A stretch of DNA of 64,000 nucleotides. Source: an uncultured Candidatus Binatia bacterium (GTDB taxonomy: Bacteria > Desulfobacterota > Binatia > UBA9968 > JAJDTQ01). The number at the start of each line of letters is the position of its first letter. The first letter of the stretch is position 1. Both the position numbers and the translations under genes were made by a program. The stretch covers positions 3,840,001-3,904,000 of the forward strand of contig OZ243916.1 of the NCBI GenBank assembly GCA_965213675.1. Reading direction: 5' to 3'. Below, one piece after another: positions 39,962-51,836 of the stretch. The notes below the pieces were generated by a model, which saw only the letters and a list, made by a program, of their open reading frames with translations, was not told where the DNA came from and did not search any database.

Positions 39962-41572
39962 ATGGAAACTCGCGATGGCATCCAGGCCTCGGTACGTATC
40001 AGCGGGAACAACGGCCCCGACAAGGCGGACCCTTCGTTCCGCGCGAGGGATCCCCTGACGGTGGTGATCTTCGGGGCGTCGGGTGATCTGAGCAAGCGCA
40101 AGCTGATCCCGGCGCTGTACCATCTGGAGCAGACGGGTTATCTGCCCGAGCGTTACGCGGTGGTGGGCTTCTCGCGCACGGAAATGACCGACGAGGCGTA
40201 CCGGGAACGCATGATCGGCGAGATGCGCCAGGACTTCACCGAGGTGGACGCTGCCAGTCCCCTGTTCGGGGCGCTGCACTACCAGCCGGGCAACAACACC
40301 GACATGGAGTCCTTTCATCGGCTCAAGGCCCGGCTCGACGCCCTCGACGCCGAACGCGACCTCCCCGGCAACCGGCTGTTCTACCTCTCGGTGGCGCCGG
40401 AGTTCTTCACGCCCATCATCCGGAACCTCCGCGCCGCGGGCCTGATACGGAAACCCGAAGAGCCCCAGTGGTCCCACGTCATTATCGAGAAGCCCTTCGG
40501 CCACGATCTCGAAAGCGCGCGGCAGATGAACGAGGACGTCACCGACATCCTCGACGAGAGTCAGATCTACCGCATCGACCATTACCTCGGGAAAGAGACC
40601 GTCCAGAACATCCTGAGCTTCCGCTTTGGCAACGCGATTTTCGAGCCGCTGTTCAACCAGAAGTACGTGGAGAACGTACAGATTACCGTGGCCGAGACCT
40701 TGGGCATGGAGGGTCGCCGCGGCGCGTTCTACGACAACGCCGGAGCGTTGCGCGACATCGTGCAGAACCACATGCTGCAACTCCTGTGCCTCATCGCCAT
40801 GGAGCCGCCGGCGGCGGTGGAGCCCGTGTCCATCCGCGACGAAAAGGTGAAGCTTCTGCGCGCGCTGGTGCCCTGGGGCACGCCCGAGGAGGTCAGGGAT
40901 AACACCGTGCGGGGGCAGTACGGCTTCGGCGAGTTGCGCGGCGACGTGGTCAAGGGCTACCGCCAGGAAGACGGCGTGGCCGAGCGCTCCAACACCGAGA
41001 CCTACGTGGCGCTGCGCGCCAAGATCGACAACTGGCGCTGGGCCGGCATCCCCTTCGTGCTGCGCACCGGCAAGCGCTTGCGCAACCGGGTGTCGGAGAT
41101 CGCCGTGCAGTTCAGGCATCCACCGCTGCGGCTGTTCCGCGATCAGGCGGTGCCCAACGGCAACGCCATGGCCGCGGCCAGCGCCAACGTGCTGATCCTG
41201 CGCATCCAGCCCCGGGATGGGATCAGCCTGTCCTTCGCGTGCAAGCGCCCGGGGATGCAGATCGATCTGGCCAAGGTCAACATGGACTTCATGTACGAGG
41301 CCTTCGAGCAGCGTTCCCCCGAGGCGTACGAACGGCTGCTGCTGGACGCCATGCGCGGCGACGCGTCGCTGTTCACCCGCTCCGACGAAGTGGACTACGC
41401 GTGGCGCTTCACCGACGCGATCCTGTCAGGCTGGCAGGAACTGCCCGCGCCGCGTTTCCCCAACTACTATCCGTTCACCGACGGCCCCGACGAGGCCGAC
41501 CGGTTGCTGCGGGACAGCAGCACGGGTTGGCGCCAGTTGAGCCAGATGGGGATCGCCGAAGTCGGCCGATAG
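39962..41572 (+). CDS. zwf: Glucose-6-phosphate 1-dehydrogenase
   Basis: [17 protein letters not shown] and RIDHYLGKE motifs. Confidence 0.97.
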   Translation: METRDGIQASVRISGNNGPDKADPSFRARDPLTVVIFGASGDLSKRKLIPALYHLEQTGYLPERYAVVGFSRTEMTDEAYRERMIGEMRQDFTEVDAASPLFGALHYQPGNNTDMESFHRLKARLDALDAERDLPGNRLFYLSVAPEFFTPIIRNLRAAGLIRKPEEPQWSHVIIEKPFGHDLESARQMNEDVTDILDESQIYRIDHYLGKETVQNILSFRFGNAIFEPLFNQKYVENVQITVAETLGMEGRRGAFYDNAGALRDIVQNHMLQLLCLIAMEPPAAVEPVSIRDEKVKLLRALVPWGTPEEVRDNTVRGQYGFGELRGDVVKGYRQEDGVAERSNTETYVALRAKIDNWRWAGIPFVLRTGKRLRNRVSEIAVQFRHPPLRLFRDQAVPNGNAMAAASANVLILRIQPRDGISLSFACKRPGMQIDLAKVNMDFMYEAFEQRSPEAYERLLLDAMRGDASLFTRSDEVDYAWRFTDAILSGWQELPAPRFPNYYPFTDGPDEADRLLRDSSTGWRQLSQMGIAEVGR

Positions 41573-41599
41573 CGCCTGCGCCGGATCAAACAAGGGGTG

Positions 41600-42475
41600 A
41601 TGGAGTTGCGAACGGAATTTCGCGACGGGACCTTCGAGATCGACGGGACCCGGGTGCATTATCTGGAGGCCGGCGACCCGGAGCAGGAGACCTGCGTCTT
41701 CGTTCACGGCAACCGGGACCACTGTCACAGTTGGGACTTTTTGCTGGAGTCCTTCGAGAAGGCGGGCTTCAGCCTCCCTCACATGGTAGCCCTGGACCTG
41801 CGCGGCCACGGCGACAGCGGCTGGGTCGGCCAGGAGCGCGGCTACCGGCACGAGGACTTCGTGCTGGACGTCGTGGGTCTGTTGCGCCACCTCAAGAAGG
41901 ACCGGATCACGCTCGTGGCCCACTCCCTGGGCGGCAGCATGGCCGTGGTCTTCGCCGGCGCGTTGCCGGAGAAGGTGACGCGGCTCGTGATCGTCGAGTC
42001 GGCGGGTCCCTACGGGCGCACGGAGCGCGAGACGCCCGAGCTCTTTGGCCGCTGGACCCGCGACGACGGCTCCGACACGATCCTGACCTACTACGCCACC
42101 GTGGCGCAGGCGGCCGGCGCGATTCGCCGGCGTTTCCCGCTGATCCCGAACCGGGTGGCGATGCACATGGCGCGCCACGGCACCCGTCCGACTCTGAACG
42201 GGCGGGTGTGGAAATACGATCCGCGGGCGCGGAACCCGTCGTATTCGTCCCTCTCCGAGGCCCAGGTCCAGGCATTCATCGAGCGTATCGACTGTCCCAC
42301 GCTGCTGGTGTTCGGAGCCGAGTCCGGCTACCGGGAATCGCCCCGCTACAACCGGGTCGCGCACTTTCCCAACAAGACCCTGGTGGAAATCCCCGGCGCG
42401 GGCCATCACGTGCAACACGAAAAACCCGACGAGCTGGCCGCCGTGCTGATCCCGTTTCTGAGCAGCCACGGTTGA
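41600..42475 (+). CDS. Alpha/beta-fold hydrolase
   Basis: FVHG, DLRGHGDS, AHSLGG and GAGHHV motifs. Confidence 0.9.
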   Translation: MELRTEFRDGTFEIDGTRVHYLEAGDPEQETCVFVHGNRDHCHSWDFLLESFEKAGFSLPHMVALDLRGHGDSGWVGQERGYRHEDFVLDVVGLLRHLKKDRITLVAHSLGGSMAVVFAGALPEKVTRLVIVESAGPYGRTERETPELFGRWTRDDGSDTILTYYATVAQAAGAIRRRFPLIPNRVAMHMARHGTRPTLNGRVWKYDPRARNPSYSSLSEAQVQAFIERIDCPTLLVFGAESGYRESPRYNRVAHFPNKTLVEIPGAGHHVQHEKPDELAAVLIPFLSSHG

Positions 42476-42518
42476 CGCCCGCGCCGCGCGAAGGGCGTAC
42501 GCGTCGCCCCCGTTCCGG

Positions 42519-42553
42519 CATTCCCGCGACTGCGATCGGGGGCGGGGATCCAG
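42519..42553. repeat. Degenerate ATTCCCGC-type REP-like repeat
   Basis: CATTCCCGCG...GATCGGGGGCGGGGATCCAG resembles the arms at 49912-49959. Confidence 0.55.
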
Positions 42554-42589
42554 GTGGCCGTTACCCAACCTTCGCAAACAGGAGGAACC

Positions 42590-43744
42590 ATGGATTTTGA
42601 ACTGCCCGAGGAACTGCAACTACTTCAGGAAACCGTCCGGAAGTTCGTCGACCAGGAACTCATCCCGGTGGAAATGGAGTGCCGGGACGGGGTGAAGCTC
42701 AAGCCTGAGTACCGCGAGCGCTTTGAGGCCAAGACCCGCGAGATGGGGCTGTGGATGCTGGACGTGCCCGAGGAATTCGGCGGCGCGGGGTTGAGCTTGA
42801 TGGGCCAGGTCATCGTGTGGGCCGAGGTGGCGCGCTCGGTGGCGCTGCCGTCCCGCGGCCATAGCATCTTCGGACCCGAGGTGCGACCGGTGCTCTACGC
42901 CATGAACGAAGAGCAGAAGGAACGCTACCTCTACCCGCTGCTGCGCGAGGAAAAGCGCGCCTGCTTCGCCCAGACCGAACCCGACGCCGGCTCGGACCCC
43001 GGCTCCATGCGCACCCGCGCCGTGCGCGACGGCGACGAATACGTAATCAATGGTGTCAAGCGCTTCATCAGCGATGCGGACGAGGCCGACTTCGCCCAGG
43101 TCATGGTGGCCACCGACCTCAGCAAGGGCTCCCACGGCGGCATCTCGTGCATCCTGGTGGACATGGACAACCCGGGCGTGCAGATCACCGCCAAGTACAA
43201 GACCATGATGGGCTATGAGCCGTGCGAGATCGTGTTCGACAACTGCCGCGTGCCCGCGGCGAACATGATCGGCGCCGAAGGCGAGGGTTTCAAGCTCGGA
43301 CAGAAGTGGCTCGGCATCGGCCGCCTGAAGCACGGCGGCCGCGCCATCGGCGTGGCCCGGCGCGCCATCGAGATGGGCGCCCGCTACGCCAAGCAGCGGG
43401 TGACCTTCGGCAAGCCGTTGGCCGACCGGCAGGCCATCCAGTTCAAGCTGGCGGACTCCTACACCGAACTCCACGCCGCCACTCTGATGGTCTATCACGC
43501 CGCCTGGAAGTACGACCAAGGGCAGGACATGCGCAACGAAGGCTACATGGTCAAGGTCTTCGCCGACGAGATGTCGTTCCGGGTGGTGGACCGCGTGCTG
43601 CAGATCCACGGCGGCGTCGGCCTCACCACGGACCTGCCCATCGAGTACTGGTTCCGCGATCAGCGCAGCCGGCTCATCACCGAAGGCGCCTCCGAGGTCA
43701 TGCGCATGGTCATCGCCCGGCACGTGCTGCGGCAGTTCGACTGA
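42590..43744 (+). CDS. Acyl-CoA dehydrogenase
   Basis: AGGAGG RBS; FAQTEPDAGSD, INGVKRFIS, RVTFGKPL, QIHGG and ITEGASE motifs. Confidence 0.93.
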   Translation: MDFELPEELQLLQETVRKFVDQELIPVEMECRDGVKLKPEYRERFEAKTREMGLWMLDVPEEFGGAGLSLMGQVIVWAEVARSVALPSRGHSIFGPEVRPVLYAMNEEQKERYLYPLLREEKRACFAQTEPDAGSDPGSMRTRAVRDGDEYVINGVKRFISDADEADFAQVMVATDLSKGSHGGISCILVDMDNPGVQITAKYKTMMGYEPCEIVFDNCRVPAANMIGAEGEGFKLGQKWLGIGRLKHGGRAIGVARRAIEMGARYAKQRVTFGKPLADRQAIQFKLADSYTELHAATLMVYHAAWKYDQGQDMRNEGYMVKVFADEMSFRVVDRVLQIHGGVGLTTDLPIEYWFRDQRSRLITEGASEVMRMVIARHVLRQFD

Positions 43745-43810
43745 CGCGCTCGCGGATTTGGCGGCTTCAGCGCCCCGTGCTATAAACGTTGGATTCCAGC
43801 GAGGTTGACG

Positions 43811-44014
43811 ATGAAACCGGAAATTCACCCCGAGTACAAGCCCGTGAACGTCGTGTGCGCGTGCGGCCACTCCTTTGATGTGCGCTCCACCGCCAAGGCG
43901 ATCCATACCGAGATCTGTGCCAACTGCCACCCCTTCTACACCGGCAAGCAGAAGCTGCTCGATACCGCCGGCCGGGTCGAAAAGTTCAAGAGGAGATACG
44001 GTATCAAGGACTGA
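43811..44014 (+). CDS. rpmE: 50S ribosomal protein L31 (Zn-binding type)
   Basis: [13 protein letters not shown] and [10 protein letters not shown]; extended -10 TGCTATAAA at 43778-43786. Confidence 0.97.
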   Translation: MKPEIHPEYKPVNVVCACGHSFDVRSTAKAIHTEICANCHPFYTGKQKLLDTAGRVEKFKRRYGIKD

Positions 44015-44042
44015 CAGGACGTTCTTACCGGCTCTGACGGCA

Positions 44043-44087
44043 AAAGGGGCAAAGGGTGGCGCGAATTCCCTTTGCCCCTTTGCTTTT
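44043..44087 (+). terminator. Intrinsic terminator after rpmE
   Basis: AAAGGGGCAAAGGG-N11-CCCTTTGCCCCTTT followed by GCTTTT. Confidence 0.75.
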
Positions 44088-44109
44088 CGCGTAAGGCAAG
44101 ACTGTGGGC

Positions 44110-45174
<1,065 letters not shown>

Positions 45175-45178
45175 TGGG

Positions 45179-46132
45179 ATGGACGGACACGACGCCGGAC
45201 GGCTCCATGCGTTTCATCCTCGCGCGAATGAAGTGGACACTGCCGCGGGCGTGATCCGCCGGTCCGCCGCCAGGCTTGCGGCGGCAGGCTGCGCCACACC
45301 CAGGCTCGACGCGGAGTTGCTACTGATGGAAGCGCTCGGGTGGTCGCGGGAGGATCTCTGCCGGAGTCCCGAGGCGCCGCTGGATGCATCCTCGCTGAGT
45401 TGCCTTGCGGCGCTCGTGGCCCGGCGGACATGCGGCGAACCGGTGGCGTACCTCACCGGTGTGCAGGAGTTCTGGTCGCTGGACTTCGCGGTGACGCCGG
45501 ACGTGCTCATCCCGCGGCCCGAGACCGAGCACTTGGTGGAAACCGTGGCGGAGTTCCTGGCGTCACGTCCGGGACCGCAACGTTTGCTGGACCTGGGGAC
45601 CGGCAGCGGCGCCATCGCGGTGAGCGTAGCCAGGGAATGCCCACGGGTCGAGGTGTGGGCCACGGACGTTTCCCATGAGGCGTTGGAGGTGGCGCGGGCA
45701 AACGCATGCCGGCACGGGGTGGATCACCGGATGCGCTGGCTTCAGGGGGATCTGTTCGGCGCGCTGGGAGGTTCGGCGACATCCTTTGACGCGCTGGTGT
45801 CCAATCCGCCCTATATCCCGGGGCCGGACATGGCGCGGCTGCCCCGGGATGTGCGCGATTGGGAGCCGGCTTTGGCGCTGGACGGCGGCACGGACGGGAT
45901 GGTGTTCTACCGGCGCATCGTTGCGGAAGGAATTCCGCACCTGCGGGAAGGCGGGCTCTTGGCCGTGGAGACCGGCGCCGATCTGGGCGACCGGGTTCCA
46001 GAACTGTTTCACGCTCACCGCGGGCTTGACCAGGTTCGGGTGTTGCCGGATCATGCCGGCCTGCCCCGAGTGGTCACCGCGGAGCGGACACCACACAAGG
46101 AGTCCGCGCTGCAGGAGATGGCAGCCTTGTAG
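45179..46132 (+). CDS. prmC: Release factor glutamine methyltransferase (start uncertain)
   Basis: VLIPRPETE, DLGTGSGAI and SNPPY motifs. Confidence 0.95.
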   Translation: MDGHDAGRLHAFHPRANEVDTAAGVIRRSAARLAAAGCATPRLDAELLLMEALGWSREDLCRSPEAPLDASSLSCLAALVARRTCGEPVAYLTGVQEFWSLDFAVTPDVLIPRPETEHLVETVAEFLASRPGPQRLLDLGTGSGAIAVSVARECPRVEVWATDVSHEALEVARANACRHGVDHRMRWLQGDLFGALGGSATSFDALVSNPPYIPGPDMARLPRDVRDWEPALALDGGTDGMVFYRRIVAEGIPHLREGGLLAVETGADLGDRVPELFHAHRGLDQVRVLPDHAGLPRVVTAERTPHKESALQEMAAL

Positions 46133-46136
46133 GGAG

Positions 46137-46305
46137 CCCTCGACTGGCGCTTCGCAAAGCCTGTCCGGAGCCCTTTGACGCGCTCGGGACAGGCCTGTCG
46201 AACGGCTCAGGACGAACGGTAGGGGTTTCGGCGAAATCGTAGACTTGACGCCCTTGGTCCTGGGCGTCGCGGCGCAAGCTCCTGGCGCTGCGAAGTCGAA
46301 GGGCG
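46137..46305. repeat. Nested CCCTTCGACAGGCTCAGG-type REP-like cluster including a MITE-A end
   Basis: CCTGTCCGGAG[CCCTTTGACGCGCTCGGGACAGG]CCTGTCGAACGGCTCAGGACGAACGG ... GTCCTGGGCG..GCGGCGCAAGCTCCTGG..CGAAGTCGAAGGG. Confidence 0.7.
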
Positions 46306-46373
46306 TCCGTTCTACGGCGCAGCCTCCCAAGGCTGAAGTCTCTGGCTAGTGCCATGCAGGCAGGTTGAAGGAC

Positions 46374-47642
46374 GTGGAAAGCATCATCATCCATGGCGGC
46401 GCGGTGCTGGAGGGCTCGGTGACCCTCGGTGGGTCCAAGAACGCGGCCCTGCCGGTGATCGTCTCGTCGCTGCTTTCCGCGGGCAAGTGCTCCTACAGCC
46501 GGGTGCCCGCCTTGCGCGACGTGAATACGACCCTGCGCCTGTTGTCGCGCCTGGGTGTGACCATCGAGAAGGACGTGCTCGCGGACGGGCATCTGGAGCT
46601 TACCGCGGACAAGATTCACGAGTTGGAAGCGCCCTACGACCTGGTCAAGACCATGCGGGCGTCCTTCTTGGTGTTGGGGCCGCTGCTGGCGCGGTTCGGC
46701 GAGGCGCGGGTCTCCACACCCGGCGGCTGCGCCATCGGTTCGCGGCCGGTGGACCTGCACCTTCGGGGGTTGGAGCGCATGGGCGCGTGCATCCGTCAGG
46801 ATCACGGCTATATCGAGGCGCGCGCGCGTGGACTCAAGGGCGCCGTCATCGATCTTGCGTTCCCCTCGGTGGGCGCTACTGAAAACCTCATGATGGCCGC
46901 CACCCTGGCCCGGGGAGAGACCGAGATCCGCAACGCCGCGCGGGAGCCGGAGATTGTGGAACTGGCCGCGGTGCTCACCGGCATGGGCGCGCGGGTCGGC
47001 GGAGCCGGCACCGGGGTCGTCCAGGTCGAGGGCGTGCCGGAGCTTCACGGGGTGGCGCACGAGATGGGTCCGGACCGCATCGAGGCCGGCACGTTCATGG
47101 TCGGCGCCGCCTTGACCGGAGGCGACGTGCTCATCGAGGACGCCAGAGGCGACGATCTCGAAGCCTTCCTGGCGAAGCTCCGTGAGACCGGCGCACGGGT
47201 CGCTCGCGAGTCCGGCGGCGTCCGGGTCACGGGCAATGGCCGGGTGCGCGGCGCGGACGTGGCCACGCAGCCCTATCCGGGCTTCCCCACGGATCTGCAA
47301 GCGCAAATGATGGTGCTGATGGCGGTGGCGGACGGCCCCAGCGTCATCACCGAGAACATTTTCGAGAACCGGTTCATGCACGTCCAGGAGTTGAACCGCA
47401 TGGGTGCGCGCATCGCCCTCGACGGCAACCGCGCGGCGGTGCAGGGCGTGCCCGAGCTTTCCGGCGCTCCGGTGATGGCCACGGACTTGCGCGCGAGCGT
47501 GTCGCTGGTGCTGGCCGGCTTGGTGGCGCGGGGCGTGACCGAGGTGGCGCGGGTGTACCACCTGGACCGGGGCTACGAGGACATCGAGGGCAAGCTCGCC
47601 CGCCTCGGCGCGGACATACGAAGGGTGGAGCGTGACGATTGA
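46374..47642 (+). CDS. murA: UDP-N-acetylglucosamine 1-carboxyvinyltransferase
   Basis: [22 protein letters not shown] and YPGFPTDLQ motifs. Confidence 0.97.
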   Translation: MESIIIHGGAVLEGSVTLGGSKNAALPVIVSSLLSAGKCSYSRVPALRDVNTTLRLLSRLGVTIEKDVLADGHLELTADKIHELEAPYDLVKTMRASFLVLGPLLARFGEARVSTPGGCAIGSRPVDLHLRGLERMGACIRQDHGYIEARARGLKGAVIDLAFPSVGATENLMMAATLARGETEIRNAAREPEIVELAAVLTGMGARVGGAGTGVVQVEGVPELHGVAHEMGPDRIEAGTFMVGAALTGGDVLIEDARGDDLEAFLAKLRETGARVARESGGVRVTGNGRVRGADVATQPYPGFPTDLQAQMMVLMAVADGPSVITENIFENRFMHVQELNRMGARIALDGNRAAVQGVPELSGAPVMATDLRASVSLVLAGLVARGVTEVARVYHLDRGYEDIEGKLARLGADIRRVERDD

Positions 47643-48924
47643 CATCGTGAAGACCACGGAGGCCGCGTTCGAGAAGAAGCTCGCCCGGATCCTGGGGCGG
47701 CGCGGCGAGATCGAGAAGGAGGTCGAAGCGCGCGTGGCCGAGATCATCGACAACGTCCGGCGGCGCGGGGACAGGGCGTTGGTGCGCTACGCCAAGGACT
47801 TCGACGGGGTCACGTTGAAGCCATCCCAGCTCGAAGTGTCGGCCCGCGAGATGGACCGGGCCTGTGAAGCGGTTTCCAGGGAGGACCTGCGCGCGTTGCG
47901 TCTGGCGGCCAAGCGCATCCGGCGCTTTCACCGGCGCCAGTTGGAGAAGAGCTGGAAATACCGCGACTCCTTGGGACTGGAGCTGGGCCAGCGCATTCGC
48001 CCGCTGAAAAGCGCCGGCGCCTACGTGCCCGGCGGCAAGGCCGCCTACCCGTCCACCGTGCTGATGACCGTGATCCCGGCGATGGCCGCGGGCGTCACCG
48101 AGGTGGCCGTTGCCACGCCGGTGCGGGAAGAAGCCGCGCTCGTGCTCGCCGCCGCGCGCGTGGCCGGCGCCCACCGGGTCTTTCGCGTGGGCGGGGCCCA
48201 AGCCGTGGCCGCCCTGGCCTACGGCACCGAGACCGTCCCGCGGGTGGACAAGATCGTCGGTCCCGGCAACGTCTACGTCGCCGCCGCCAAGCGGCTTGTC
48301 TTCGGTCAGGTGGACATCGACTCCATCGCCGGCCCCAGCGAGGTGCTGCTGCTGGTGGACGGGTCCGCAGACCCACGCTACGTGGCTGCGGACATGCTTT
48401 CCCAGGCGGAGCACGATGAGTTGGCGGCCGCGGTGTGCGTCACCCCCTCCATGGCCATGGCGCGAAAGGTGCAGGCGGCCATCACCGCGCAGCTCAAGAC
48501 CACCCGGCGCCAGGCCATCACTCTCGGGGCGCTACGCCGCTTTGGCGCCATCCTGGTGTCGCGTTCGATGAAGGAAGCGGTGGAGATTACCAACGCCATC
48601 GCCCCCGAGCACGTTCAGATCATGGTGCGGGAGCCGGATGCGTGCGTGGACGCGGTGCGCAACGCCGGCGCCATCTTCGTCGGCGCCTATGCCACCCCGG
48701 CGCTGAGCGACTACGTGGCCGGACCCAACCACGTGCTGCCCACGGGCGGGAGCGCGCGTTTCTTCTCGCCCTTGGGCGCCTACGATTTCCTCAAGCGCAC
48801 CAGCATCGTGCGCGCCGAGGCCCGGGGCCTGGAGGCGCTGGCGCCGGCGGTGATCCATCTCGCGCGCCGGGAAGGGTTGGACGAGCACGCCCGGGCGGTG
48901 GAGGCGCGGCTGCCGGGGAGGTGA
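47632..48924 (+). CDS. hisD: Histidinol dehydrogenase
   Basis: [26 protein letters not shown] and GPNHVLPT motifs. Confidence 0.97.
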   Translation: MTIDIVKTTEAAFEKKLARILGRRGEIEKEVEARVAEIIDNVRRRGDRALVRYAKDFDGVTLKPSQLEVSAREMDRACEAVSREDLRALRLAAKRIRRFHRRQLEKSWKYRDSLGLELGQRIRPLKSAGAYVPGGKAAYPSTVLMTVIPAMAAGVTEVAVATPVREEAALVLAAARVAGAHRVFRVGGAQAVAALAYGTETVPRVDKIVGPGNVYVAAAKRLVFGQVDIDSIAGPSEVLLLVDGSADPRYVAADMLSQAEHDELAAAVCVTPSMAMARKVQAAITAQLKTTRRQAITLGALRRFGAILVSRSMKEAVEITNAIAPEHVQIMVREPDACVDAVRNAGAIFVGAYATPALSDYVAGPNHVLPTGGSARFFSPLGAYDFLKRTSIVRAEARGLEALAPAVIHLARREGLDEHARAVEARLPGR

Positions 48925-49020
48925 CGCGATGGATCGGCGTCGTTTGGGAACGGCGTCCTCCAACTTCACTCCCCTACGCGCAGGAGGAACGGGGCGGATA
49001 CGTCGCGAACGGTCCGGTGA

Positions 49021-49084
49021 CGCCGTTTGTCCTGAGCCCTTCGACAGGCTCAGGGCGGGCGCCAGCGGAGCGAAGTCGAAGGAC
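49021..49084. repeat. Nested REP-like palindrome
   Basis: GTCCTGAG[CCCTTCGACAGGCTCAGGGCGGGCGCCAGCGGAG]CGAAGTCGAAGGAC. Confidence 0.7.
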
Positions 49085-49105
49085 GTCATTTCTAACGACC
49101 CCTGG

Positions 49106-49264
49106 GAGCCTGCGCCGCAAGGACTCGCGAACGCGAAAATTCGCTATCGCCGTCCCTTCGGCCGGTCGATTGAGGAGAATATCAGGTCATATTTGACGAG
49201 ATCGAGCGGCTGAAGGGACGGATGAGAGCGAATTTGCAGCCGTGAATTCCTGCGGCGCAAGCTC
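49106..49264 (+). mobile_element. 159-bp MITE-like element, family A, copy 2
   Basis: GAGCCTGCGCCGCAAGGACTC ... GAATTCCTGCGGCGCAAGCTC; flanks CTGG and CCAG. Confidence 0.88.
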
Positions 49265-49302
49265 CCAGGTTGCATTCGGCATGTGCAGTTCAGGAGACAT
49301 CC

Positions 49303-49890
49303 ATGGGACGAACGGCTACCATTCAACGCAAGACCAGGGAAACGGACATCACCGCCACCCTGGACATCGACGGCACGGGGCAGGCGCGGGTGGAGACCGG
49401 CATTCCGTTCTTCGACCACATGCTGGAGATCTTCACGCGCCACGGGCTGTTCGACGTGGCGGTGAAGGCGGTGGGGGACCTTGAGGTGGACTACCACCAC
49501 ACCGTGGAGGACGTGGGACTGACCCTGGGGCAGGCGTTCAAGGACGCCTTGGGGGACAAGCACGGCATCCGCCGGTTCGGCGAAGCCACTGTGCCGCTGG
49601 ACGAGGCCCTCGCCCGGGTGGTGGTGGACCTGAGCGGCCGGCCCTACCTGGCTTACCGGGTCAAGATTCGCGGCGGCCGGGTGGGCACTTTCGACACCGA
49701 TCTGCCGCACGAGTTCTACCAGGCCTTCGTCAACCAGCTCGGCATGAATCTGCACATGGACGTGCAGCACGGCGACAACCCGCACCACGTCATCGAGGCC
49801 TGTTTCAAGGGATTCGCCCGGGCCATGGACCGGGCCACGGGGCTCGACGAGCGGATCGAGGGGGTGCTGTCCACGAAGGGGAGCCTGTAG
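49303..49890 (+). CDS. hisB: Imidazoleglycerol-phosphate dehydratase
   Basis: [20 protein letters not shown] and NPHHVIEA motifs. Confidence 0.97.
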   Translation: MGRTATIQRKTRETDITATLDIDGTGQARVETGIPFFDHMLEIFTRHGLFDVAVKAVGDLEVDYHHTVEDVGLTLGQAFKDALGDKHGIRRFGEATVPLDEALARVVVDLSGRPYLAYRVKIRGGRVGTFDTDLPHEFYQAFVNQLGMNLHMDVQHGDNPHHVIEACFKGFARAMDRATGLDERIEGVLSTKGSL

Positions 49891-49911
49891 GAATCTACCC
49901 TGCGACGTAAG

Positions 49912-50057
49912 CGTCATTCCCGCGAAAGCTTGCCCTCGACCCCGATCGGGGGCGGGAATACGGTGGGGTGAGGCGGGAACATGCCCACGCGGCCCCAGCC
50001 TACCCCTGGATTCCCGCCCCCGATCGGGGTCGAGGGCAAGCTTTCGCGGGAATGACG
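49912..50057. repeat. Perfect 48-bp inverted repeat pair (ATTCCCGC-type REP doublet)
   Basis: CGTCATTCCCGCGAAAGCTTGCCCTCGACCCCGATCGGGGGCGGGAAT at 49912-49959 and its exact reverse complement at 50010-50057. Confidence 0.92.
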
Positions 50058-50166
50058 TATTCGTAACGTCGTCGCCTGGAGAGTCTCGATGCAGTCTGCT
50101 GCGTGGGGATCTTCCATTTCGGCTTGGAGCCGGCACAGGAGGGGATGAGAACAGGCCCCACGGATG

Positions 50167-50193
50167 CGTCATTCCCGCGAACGCGGGAATCCA
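50167..50193. repeat. Simple ATTCCCGC-type REP unit
   Basis: CGTCATTCCCGCGAACGCGGGAATCCAG; the uninterrupted version of the 48-bp arms. Confidence 0.8.
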
Positions 50194-50323
50194 GGGGTGG
50201 TCGAGTGGGGGAACGATGACTGGGGGTGCAGGTTTGTAACCCCTTGAATGAGCAGGTCAATATTTCATTGTGAATGACTGGGGATGACCATTCCGAGGCG
50301 CTTGACTCATTGGAGGATTTGCA

Positions 50324-50950
50324 GTGATCGCGGTGGTTGACTACGGCATGGGCAATCTGCGGAGCGTGCAAAAGGGCCTGGAGCGTGTGGGCTTCGAGGC
50401 CGAGGTCACCCGTGACCCCGGACGCATCGGCGATGCCCGGGGCGTGGTGCTCCCCGGGGTGGGCGCGTTCCACTCTTGCATGGAGAACCTCCAGCGCTTC
50501 GGACTCGTCAACGTCATCCAGGACGTAGTGCGGCGGAAGCGGCCGTTCCTCGGAATTTGCCTGGGGTTGCAGCTTCTGTTCGACGACAGCGAGGAGTTCG
50601 GCTCGCCGGACGGCCTGAGGCTTGTGCCGGGCAAGGTGCTCGGCTTCGTCGCCGGAGACGATATCAAGGTGCCGCACATGGGCTGGAACGCTATCGAGAT
50701 CCGCAAGTCCACGCGCTTTCTGGAGGGCATTGACAGCGGCGCGCAGGTGTACTTCGTGCACTCGTTCTACGCCGCGCCCGCGGATGAGTCCATGGTGGCC
50801 ACCGTGACTTCCCACGGCACGCCATTCGTGTCGAGCATCGCCACCGACCACCTCTTCGCCTGCCAGTTCCATCCCGAGAAGAGTCAGGCCATCGGCCTGC
50901 GCATCCTGGAGAACTTCGCGCGCTTCGCGGATGGCAGAGTCGTTTCGTGA
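50324..50950 (+). CDS. hisH: Imidazole glycerol phosphate synthase glutaminase subunit
   Basis: DYGMGNL, PGVG, GICLG, PHMGWN and QFHPEKS motifs. Confidence 0.97.
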   Translation: MIAVVDYGMGNLRSVQKGLERVGFEAEVTRDPGRIGDARGVVLPGVGAFHSCMENLQRFGLVNVIQDVVRRKRPFLGICLGLQLLFDDSEEFGSPDGLRLVPGKVLGFVAGDDIKVPHMGWNAIEIRKSTRFLEGIDSGAQVYFVHSFYAAPADESMVATVTSHGTPFVSSIATDHLFACQFHPEKSQAIGLRILENFARFADGRVVS

Positions 50951-51095
50951 CCCCGGTTGGCTCAGTCGGTCGGGCCGTTGACGCGGGCAAGCGCGTCTCC
51001 GCCGGGCCGTACCGCGCGGTGCATCGGCCCCAGCCCTCTGCCGCCGGGGTAGCATCTGGGGACGTGTGCGCGCGGTCAAGGAGACGTGGACAGGC

Positions 51096-51836
51096 ATGCT
51101 GATCATTCCCGCCATCGACATCAAGGACGGCCGCTGCGTGCGTCTGTACCAGGGCGACATGGACCAGGAGACCGTTTACTACTCGCAACCGCTGGACGCC
51201 GCCCGTCGCCTTGTGGACGAGGGCGCCCGCCTGATTCACGTGGTGGACTTGAACGGCGCGGTGGAGGGACGTCCGGTGCACCTGCCCGAGTTGGCCGCCA
51301 TCTGCGCAGAACCCGGCGTGGTGGCCGTGGAGGTGGGCGGCGGGCTGCGCACTCTGGATGCGGTGGAACAGGCCATGGCCGCGGGCGTGGAGCGTGTGGT
51401 CATCGGCACCCAGGCGTACGAGGATCAGTATTTCCTGCGGTCAGCCTGCGGGCGTTTCCCCGGCCGGGTGGTGGTGGGTATCGATGCCCGTAACGGAAAG
51501 GTGGCGGTTCGGGGCTGGCGCGACGACACCGCGATGGACGCGGTGGAGCTGGCGCGCCGCTGCGAGCAGGACGGCGCCGCGCGCATCATTTACACCGACA
51601 TCAGCCGCGACGGCACGGGCGCGGGCGTGAACGCGGAGCAGACCGCGCAGGTGGCTCGGTCCGTTGGCATCCCGGTCATCGCCTCCGGCGGCGTCGGCTC
51701 GCTGGACGACATCCGCGCGCTGGCGGGGTTCGCCGGTGACGGCATCGAGGGGGTTATCGTGGGCCGGGCGCTCTACAACGGCGCCTTTTCGCTCGGTGAC
51801 GCCATGGCGGCGGCTGGAGGCAACGATGCTCACTAA
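51096..51836 (+). CDS. hisA: ProFAR isomerase
   Basis: [22 protein letters not shown] and YTDISRDG motifs. Confidence 0.97.
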   Translation: MLIIPAIDIKDGRCVRLYQGDMDQETVYYSQPLDAARRLVDEGARLIHVVDLNGAVEGRPVHLPELAAICAEPGVVAVEVGGGLRTLDAVEQAMAAGVERVVIGTQAYEDQYFLRSACGRFPGRVVVGIDARNGKVAVRGWRDDTAMDAVELARRCEQDGAARIIYTDISRDGTGAGVNAEQTAQVARSVGIPVIASGGVGSLDDIRALAGFAGDGIEGVIVGRALYNGAFSLGDAMAAAGGNDAH

